Source: Candidatus Hodarchaeota archaeon
GTDB lineage: Archaea; Asgardarchaeota; Heimdallarchaeia; Hodarchaeales; Hodarchaeaceae
Direction of reading: 5' to 3'
Length of the DNA stretch: 12,477 nt
NCBI GenBank assembly: GCA_016840035.1
Contig: JAEOTC010000099.1
Span: forward strand, 1-12,477
Both the position numbers and the translations under genes were made by a program. This document shows, one piece after another, positions 1 through 6,303 of this stretch (the stretch's first letter is position 1; the number at the start of each line of letters is the position of its first letter). Under the pieces are notes generated by a model. The model worked only from the letters and a program-made list of their open reading frames with translations. It was not told where the DNA came from and ran no database searches.

Positions 1-384
1 ATAACCCATTGATTCAAGGACTTTATTCACTTGTGAGACATTTCCTCCCAGATCACTTCGCTTTAGGATTTCATAGATTGGGATTACTTCTGATTGAAAT
101 GGAGAGCCTGTTTCTGACATTGGTCTGTATTGTTTAGCTGTAACTGTAAAAAATTCATTAACAAGCTCGTCAATTTGGGATAATTTCCAGAATCCTGACA
201 TTAGAGTTTCATAGTAACTTAGAAGTTTGCTTTTCATAAAGGCATTGATGCTGGAAGTGGAAAAATAAACTGAATAGACTTTTCGAGAAATCTTGTTGAC
301 TTCACTGTAGTCATTTTTAGATTCGTATTTTGAAGTCTCGAAGGAGGAGCGTATCAGGAAGTAGGATATCCAAAAGATCTTCAT
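1..384 (-). CDS. Hypothetical protein, 3'-truncated at the window edge; may instead be the frameshifted continuation of the 317..868 ORF
   Basis: Not in the ORF track. Manual translation shows a frame with no stop from 432 down to 1. First ATG is at 384: MKIFWISYFLIRSSFETSKYESKNDYSEVNKISRKVYSVYFSTSSINAFMKSKLLSYYETLMSGFWKLSQIDELVNEFF...PIYEILKRSDLGGNVSQVNKVLESMGY. No obvious Shine-Dalgarno. Confidence 0.55.
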   Translation of the reverse strand, partial: MKIFWISYFLIRSSFETSKYESKNDYSEVNKISRKVYSVYFSTSSINAFMKSKLLSYYETLMSGFWKLSQIDELVNEFFTVTAKQYRPMSETGSPFQSEVIPIYEILKRSDLGGNVSQVNKVLESMGY

Positions 385-868
385 TGTCTTCTTCAACGAA
401 TAATCTTTTCGCTTGAGTATTAATGTATTTAGCTAATTTTTTCAAATCAATTGCTGAAATATTCTTGATGGTTGGAGTGATCAGCATTTTTCCTTCTTTA
501 CTTAACACAAATATGAATTCATATGATTGTTTCCAGCTAGGTAAGCGTAGCTCTAAAAGAATGGAAGTAAAATCTACAGAAGGAAGCTGAACTATATTCT
601 TCAGGAGAAAGAAGATGACTTCTCTTTTATTATTTTGAATACGAATATCTGTTTCAGTACCTAGGCATTTTATTCTTAAAATCGGAATTTCTCGCCAATA
701 AATTTGGCTAGGTTTCGTTGAATGACTACAATAATTATCAAGAAATTCGAATGTAATTCGCCTTACTTGACCGAGCGTTAATAGAGTATCCAACAAATGA
801 GCAGGTAGAGATAGGAGAGGTACCTTGTCATTATTCTCAAACATATTATGAAGAATTCGACAATCCAT
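317..868 (-). CDS. Hypothetical protein (alpha/beta, no recognised motif)
   Basis: The ORF track gives 317..991 from a TTG that overlaps the upstream GTPase gene by 41 nt. ATG at 868 (MDCRIL...) or 844 (MFENN...) is more plausible. Co-directional with the GTPase cluster. Confidence 0.6.
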   Translation of the reverse strand: MDCRILHNMFENNDKVPLLSLPAHLLDTLLTLGQVRRITFEFLDNYCSHSTKPSQIYWREIPILRIKCLGTETDIRIQNNKREVIFFLLKNIVQLPSVDFTSILLELRLPSWKQSYEFIFVLSKEGKMLITPTIKNISAIDLKKLAKYINTQAKRLFVEEDNEDLLDILLPDTLLLRDFKIRI

Positions 869-950
869 AGTAGAGTCAGGTAGATCTATGAAAAAACCAA
901 TATAAGTCCGTTTTCGATACAAATATCCGCAAGTTCTTTGATGATGAGTA

Positions 951-1883
951 TTAACTCTCTGTAATGCTCTGTAATTGAGAGCTAAATGCAAGAACTTTGT
1001 TATATAGGGAAGCTACAGGTTCATTCCTTTCCCTAAGTCGACTTTTTGAAAATCCGAAAAATAAAGCCAATCCATTCTCCATAAACCGGATAACGAAAAC
1101 ACGTTGATCTGATTCGAGAAGTGTAGACGTAGCTGTATTAGTTTCTGAATCGGCAAGTCTCTTCACTACCGCATCAAAAAATTCTCTGACTTCATAAAGA
1201 TTAATATGTTCGAATTTTGAAACTTTTTCGACCTTAGTTAAAGGAGCTCCTTCCTTTGTAAAAATTTGCGCCATATCCGCCATGTTATGTTGAATAAAGG
1301 TTTCTAGGAGCGGACGAAGTGTCTTTCGCGCACCACTCGCATCAGCATATACTTCTCCCATCGCCTTGAATATTGTATCTGAGAATACTGAGGTTTCATA
1401 ATACTTAATTCTCTTAGGAGACCCTGCTCCTAAGTAATCTTCAATTGTTTTTCTGACCTCTTGCTTCATTTTTTTCGGAATCAGATCTGCTTTATGTTGA
1501 AAAATGAATAACGTTGCTTCTGGACTAAATTGAGACAATTTTTTAATCGCGAGATCAAGATAATATTTGGCTCGTGAAATATTTTTGATTTCTATCGAAT
1601 CTACAACGAAAACTAAAGATTTAACCCCGCTAAATATGAATTCAGATAATTCACCCGTGAATCTATCTAAGAATGACGTTTGGCCCCCTAGGTCAAAGAT
1701 TGTTACTTCAGTACCCGCTACAATTTTCTGTTTACGTTCATAATCAATCGTAGGGAGATATCTTTCATCTTTACTCGGGATTTTCCCCTCATTGACTACT
1801 TTTATAATCGTGGATTTTCCTGATTCTGCTAATCCCAAAATAAGAACTTTAGAAATTTTTTTCTTTCTTCTTAAATGCGACAT
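951..1883 (-). CDS. Rag/Gtr1-like small GTPase with C-terminal roadblock-like domain (paralog 2)
   Basis: G1 GLAESGKS, switch I PTID, G3 DLGGQ, Rag-like FIFSGVKSLVFVVD, G4 HKAD (His in place of Asn, as in Rags), G5 TSVF. C-terminal ~120 aa follow a helix-strand-strand-helix-strands-helix pattern. AGGAG upstream of the ATG. Confidence 0.85.
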   Translation of the reverse strand: MSHLRRKKKISKVLILGLAESGKSTIIKVVNEGKIPSKDERYLPTIDYERKQKIVAGTEVTIFDLGGQTSFLDRFTGELSEFIFSGVKSLVFVVDSIEIKNISRAKYYLDLAIKKLSQFSPEATLFIFQHKADLIPKKMKQEVRKTIEDYLGAGSPKRIKYYETSVFSDTIFKAMGEVYADASGARKTLRPLLETFIQHNMADMAQIFTKEGAPLTKVEKVSKFEHINLYEVREFFDAVVKRLADSETNTATSTLLESDQRVFVIRFMENGLALFFGFSKSRLRERNEPVASLYNKVLAFSSQLQSITES

Positions 1884-1898
1884 TTGTGGTTATAGCTC

Positions 1899-2705
1899 CT
1901 ATTGGGAACCAAGTTCCTGAATTACTCCGATCTTTTCCAGTATCATTTCCCGTTCCATTGGATCTGATACATTTCGTATAGAAAACCTATTTTTAAAGCG
2001 ATTTGTATTGATGTTGGAAGCTGATGCTCCAGCATGAAACATTAGATGTTGGGATATCGAATCTTTCAATTCGATTAGAAAAATACGATTAAGAAGAGTA
2101 TTCACAAGAATAAGCACGGAAAGCGATTCTAAATCTGCTTGAAGATTAATCTCAATTAAATCTCCCTCCGTATTGACTGTGAAGAATTCTAGACCACCTT
2201 TTTCGTGAACATAAGACGGTTCTGCACTATCTGGAATCGAGATGTGTGAATCTGGTGATTCAGAGATTTGTTTTATACGTGTTAAAATTATTTGCATCTT
2301 TTCTGGATCAGAGAGGTCCTTTTCATCTTTAATTTTTTTAGTCTCTTCCTGCAGGGTCCGTTCAATTACAGGATGGAGTTGAAAAATTCTTTCACGATTA
2401 ATAGAATTGAAAAGAATCCAAATAGTCGATTCTCGCCCGTGTTGGTCAATTCGAATATCTGTCGTCTCTGTTGGGGATACAGTAAAGGACATGGCTAGGG
2501 CTTCTATGTTCGGATTATTTGGAATTGGTAATGAGCCATGTAGTCGATAGTGTTGTCTTTCAGCGAGAGTTCCCGCTCCCATAAAGAGGATTGTCATTCC
2601 TATAACACTTAAGTTCTCAGCAGTGTCTTCTGGAATGTTAGACAAGTTTAAAAGAGGGTAGGGTCCCCGGTCACCCATAGTTGTAACTATTATTCCAGAA
2701 AACAT
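1899..2705 (-). CDS. Longin/uDENN-like N-terminal domain (aa ~1-148) fused to a gelsolin-homology-like C-terminal domain (aa ~170-262)
   Basis: N-terminal strand plus GP motif (GIIVTTMGDRGPYPLL); later strand-loop-strand ALAMSFTV...DIRIDQHGR-ESTIWILF; Ser/Pro/acidic linker; C-terminal LEFFTVNTEGDLIEI...LESLSVLILVN...RIFLI...FHAGASASNI...SIRNVSD. GAGGT Shine-Dalgarno upstream. The CDS is secure; the domain calls are by eye. Confidence 0.6.
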   Translation of the reverse strand: MFSGIIVTTMGDRGPYPLLNLSNIPEDTAENLSVIGMTILFMGAGTLAERQHYRLHGSLPIPNNPNIEALAMSFTVSPTETTDIRIDQHGRESTIWILFNSINRERIFQLHPVIERTLQEETKKIKDEKDLSDPEKMQIILTRIKQISESPDSHISIPDSAEPSYVHEKGGLEFFTVNTEGDLIEINLQADLESLSVLILVNTLLNRIFLIELKDSISQHLMFHAGASASNINTNRFKNRFSIRNVSDPMEREMILEKIGVIQELGSQ

Positions 2706-2735
2706 GATTTCAACCTCTAGTCACAAATTAGTGTC

Positions 2736-3680
2736 TTATTTTAGAATTTCTAAGATTTCTGTCGTAATCTCGAGACAGCTTTCTTGTATTCGAGGATATG
2801 GTTCTGCATCATACTTAAAAACTGATTCCCTTCCAATCAAGATAATTTTATTATCAGCATTGATCCTTCTTGATATCATTACAAAATCTTCAATCCGAAT
2901 AATGTCAGCTTGATATTGTGGACCAAGATCAAAGACATGAAACTGAGCTAACATACGAATAATTTGCGGACCTACACTAGTTTCCCATCCCTCACTTTTT
3001 CCAACCGCAAGTAAAATATTCTGACTATGCCCGATTAGGTAAGCTCCTGAAAATCCACAAATTTCCATTTTTTCTCTAAGGATTTTGGAAATCTTCCTCA
3101 GTTGCTTGTCACCAACTTTCTTAACACTCTGGTTCTTGTCTTTCTTAAGCTTCACACTAAATTCTACAGCTTTGTTGACTATCTGAGTGAAAATTAAGTT
3201 CGTCATCCTTTGTTGGTCAGATCCTTTCAAAGAAACAATATAAGAAGAAATTTCTTGGGGAATAATCTGTTCAAGGTGCTTTTCGACATTTTTCCGAATT
3301 TTAGTCCGTTCTAATTCATTTGGAATGAGGTGCCCTCTGTTTACTATTAGTATAACTTGAAAATTCTTATTTACAGCGCTTATATCAAAGTATATTTCCT
3401 TAAAATCATTTGTCAAGTCATCCAAGACTTGATAGGAGATATCATGAACGTAAATTAATGTGTTAATCTTCAAAAAAAGCTTTTCTTTCAATGCTGGAAG
3501 CGCTTTTTTGAAGTAGGAGTCGTCATCCCCTTTGAATGATTTATTAAGCCAATCATAATAAATTAAATTTTCCCGAAGCTTTAATCCTGGTTCTGCACGT
3601 CCTAATTTTTGTAATTGACCGAACAATAAGTCTTTCCCAGAATGAGATAAACCAGCTAGGACGATTAGATTTTGTTGCAA
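2736..3680 (-). CDS. Degenerate Rag-like (pseudo)GTPase with C-terminal roadblock/LAMTOR-like domain
   Basis: TTG start with GAGGT upstream, 10 nt after the stop of the previous gene. P-loop GLSHSGKD, G3 position YYDWLN, Rag-like LFLKINTLIYVHDIS, G4 position NRGH. C-terminal ISKILREKMEICGFSGAYLIGHSQNILLAVG...FVMISRRINADNKIILIG...CLEITTEILEIL fits the roadblock pattern. Confidence 0.7.
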   Translation of the reverse strand: MQQNLIVLAGLSHSGKDLLFGQLQKLGRAEPGLKLRENLIYYDWLNKSFKGDDDSYFKKALPALKEKLFLKINTLIYVHDISYQVLDDLTNDFKEIYFDISAVNKNFQVILIVNRGHLIPNELERTKIRKNVEKHLEQIIPQEISSYIVSLKGSDQQRMTNLIFTQIVNKAVEFSVKLKKDKNQSVKKVGDKQLRKISKILREKMEICGFSGAYLIGHSQNILLAVGKSEGWETSVGPQIIRMLAQFHVFDLGPQYQADIIRIEDFVMISRRINADNKIILIGRESVFKYDAEPYPRIQESCLEITTEILEILK

Positions 3681-3690
3681 ATTAAAACCT

Positions 3691-4695
3691 CTAAATGGGT
3701 GTTTTTAGCATACTTTCCAGTTGATGAGTAAGAAGACGAATTGTTTCTTCAATTTCTGACAAATTACGTGTCTCTAGCATTGATTTTTCATCCGAAGAGA
3801 CGAGTAAAATCAAATATTGAGGGGGTACAACGGCCCGAAAAAGCATAACCTCGCCCAGTTTTAATAATTCCGATTTAGAGCTTGGGATTAACCATAAATC
3901 TTTCGATTTATCCAGAATTGTTATGAATTGTTGAATTTCATTAACATCTGTTTCAGATGCGCTAATGATGAAATCGGGTTCAACTGTCGATAATAAGAGA
4001 ACCTCATCAAGTCGATTCATGAATTTTAACGCGTGAAGTACTTGTTGGATTGGTCGCATCCGCAATCTTCGTTGAATCGCTTCCAGATCTTCTTCTTTTT
4101 CGACAACAGTAGATTCTGGAATGATTTCACTGGCTTCGGCCGTTATTCGCTTAAAAGCCTCATGTATCGAGTTATCATAGATCGATGTTTGAAGAAAAGT
4201 GATGTTTTTTGTTACAACTGCAGTTTGGTACATCTCCATAAGAAATTCCATACGTTCAGCTCTTTGTGTTAGGTCAGGCATTAAATCTGTCTTGTGTAAC
4301 AAAATATATACAGCTGGTTGCACATCTGACATTTCTTCTAATCGATTTGTGCCTTCAATGAACGCTTTTAGGGAAGCAGGAAATTTATCAGGGGTAGAGA
4401 TATCACAAATAAAAACCAACACTGCTACATTGCTAAAAATGAAGGAACTCATACTACTAAGAAAGCGTTTTAGGAAAACTTCTTGTCCTCCAAGATCCAT
4501 AACCGTTATTGGTTCATCAGCAACTTGCTCTACTTGACGTTCATAATTCAATGTGGCTGCATAATCGGCAGTTTCTTCGGGAGCTTTTCCTCCAAAAACA
4601 ACATCACGAATGGATGTTTTTCCTGCCTGAGAAAGACCTAAAAGAATTATTTTTCGAGAGCTTTGGGTCTTTAGTTGCTTAAGATAATGACTCAT
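3691..4695 (-). CDS. RagA/Gtr1-like small GTPase with C-terminal roadblock-like domain (paralog 1)
   Basis: KIILLGLSQAGKTSIRDVVF, switch I ATLN, G3 DLGGQEVF, FIFSNVAVLVFICD, G4 HKTDL, G5 TSIYD. These parallel the RagA/Gtr1 motifs GKTSMRSIIF / GATI / DCGGQ / IFRNVEVLIYVFD / HKMDL / TSIWD, recalled from memory. Confidence 0.9.
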   Translation of the reverse strand: MSHYLKQLKTQSSRKIILLGLSQAGKTSIRDVVFGGKAPEETADYAATLNYERQVEQVADEPITVMDLGGQEVFLKRFLSSMSSFIFSNVAVLVFICDISTPDKFPASLKAFIEGTNRLEEMSDVQPAVYILLHKTDLMPDLTQRAERMEFLMEMYQTAVVTKNITFLQTSIYDNSIHEAFKRITAEASEIIPESTVVEKEEDLEAIQRRLRMRPIQQVLHALKFMNRLDEVLLLSTVEPDFIISASETDVNEIQQFITILDKSKDLWLIPSSKSELLKLGEVMLFRAVVPPQYLILLVSSDEKSMLETRNLSEIEETIRLLTHQLESMLKTPI

Positions 4696-4961
4696 TGTTT
4701 AGACCTTGTAATGTTCAAGTATGAAGATTTATTCATGAGTTCTAAGACAGAAATTTAAATATGACCAAATAAACCTTCCGTTATAACGAACCATTCTTCG
4801 TGGAAGGAATTCGTATTCTTAACAAATAAGTTTTGGAATTAAGTTCCTGAATTCACTAGTTCCCTCTCGTACTCAGATGGAAGCTATGAACCGAAACTAT
4901 CTGATACAAATTTTATAGGTCAAAGCTTATCCAAAAAATCATGTGATCAGAAATTTATGGC

Positions 4962-6095
4962 TTAACCATCAAGTCTTTCAAGAACGACCTCTCGTGCTTT
5001 TGGGAGAGCATCCTGTCGCTTCTTTTCATGATTATCCATAAATTCCTGAATTATCCCTAGAAGGTTCTTTTTATCTTCTCCACAGAGTAATTCTCCTTTA
5101 CGACAGGAAACTTCGATTTCTTGTAGTTTTTTCTCATTAGATTGAAAGAAGTAGCGATATAAATCAAAAACACGACAAATTTCTGGTTGGCCTCCCAATT
5201 CACGCTGCTCTTCTATGGTAATGCGTCCTCCTGTGAAAGCATTCATAATCTTTTTCTTTAAAGACTTTTTAGTTTCAAATAATGTAAGTACTGACATAGG
5301 ATTTCTTTTTGCCATCTTGTCAGATCCGTCTAATCCTTGAATCAGTTTATGAAAGGTGAATCCTGGAAGCATAAATTTGTAAGTGTCTTGAAAGTACTTT
5401 TTTCGGACAAAATCATGTGACAAGCGCGCATGAGGAGCTTGATCGGCCCCAATTGGGGTCACAGTAGGGAGTGGACCATTATGTAGTTGTGGTAATAAAA
5501 TGTCAGCAACTTGTATAAATGCTGCGTTATATACACCTAATCTATGTTCTCCATAGATCGCTTTCATCATGTTATACGTTGCATGAGAGGATAAGAGGTA
5601 CCCTAATCTCATGACATCCATTTGATGGGATTGTCGATACACATATGCATTATCCAGATTAAGTCCTAATGCAATAAGATCAGCAATGTTTTCTATGGCA
5701 TTCTTTTCCGCTTGATCAAGAGGTAACCTACCATCAGCATAACTCTCAATATCTGCGATACAGAAGTAGACCTTCCCTCCTAATTTTTGGAAATATATTA
5801 CTTCATTACACGTGATTAGATTCCCAATATGGTATTCTGCGGAGCTAGGTTTGATGCCAGTCATAATTGCAAAAGGTTTCTTCTTATTGATTGCATCGAC
5901 GACTGGTTCCAATGAAGTATGCCCGAACATGATATTTCTATTCATGTAATAATGCCGTAATTTTTTGGGTAATGGATTTATTGCTTCATCTATGGGTCTA
6001 ATCCCAAATTCGCTCATTAAACGATCGTAATCTGTAACAGAACCGCCGAATGCGTCGACGACAGAGTCCGTTGGTGAATTGTCATTTGAATTCAT
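4962..6095 (-). CDS. trpS: Tryptophan--tRNA ligase, archaeal type, with divergent motifs
   Basis: TGIKPS...HIGN (HIGH), QVADIL, GADQ, KMAKR (KMSKS equivalent), AFTGGR...EQRELGG.PEIC and CRKGELLCGE.K anticodon-binding domain motifs. Confidence 0.92.
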   Translation of the reverse strand: MNSNDNSPTDSVVDAFGGSVTDYDRLMSEFGIRPIDEAINPLPKKLRHYYMNRNIMFGHTSLEPVVDAINKKKPFAIMTGIKPSSAEYHIGNLITCNEVIYFQKLGGKVYFCIADIESYADGRLPLDQAEKNAIENIADLIALGLNLDNAYVYRQSHQMDVMRLGYLLSSHATYNMMKAIYGEHRLGVYNAAFIQVADILLPQLHNGPLPTVTPIGADQAPHARLSHDFVRKKYFQDTYKFMLPGFTFHKLIQGLDGSDKMAKRNPMSVLTLFETKKSLKKKIMNAFTGGRITIEEQRELGGQPEICRVFDLYRYFFQSNEKKLQEIEVSCRKGELLCGEDKKNLLGIIQEFMDNHEKKRQDALPKAREVVLERLDG

Positions 6096-6303
6096 GATTT
6101 GTATTCCCCGTTAACGCTTGAAGAAAAAAAATGATGAACTTTTGGATGTTGTAAATCTGATCTATTCTGAATAAATTTCGCTGTACCTAAAATTAATGCT
6201 GGTGGGGTTCCACTAGCGACAACTGCCATTGGTACATCTTTCTCACATCCATTTCATCCAAAAATTCAATAGAATAAAAATTCTCTCAATGAAACAGCAC
6301 TCA

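Noticed and set aside
234-314. ATG at 314 immediately after the stop at 317 as the start of the next gene
   Set aside because: That frame closes after 26 codons; the long open frame is a different one.
869-991. TTG start at 991 for the 224-aa ORF
   Set aside because: It overlaps the upstream GTPase gene by 41 nt and has no SD; downstream ATGs at 868 and 844 are more plausible.
2292-4537. Plus-strand ORFs 2292..2498, 2704..2913, 4033..4272 and 4199..4537
   Set aside because: Short antisense shadows of well-supported minus-strand genes, with no motifs.
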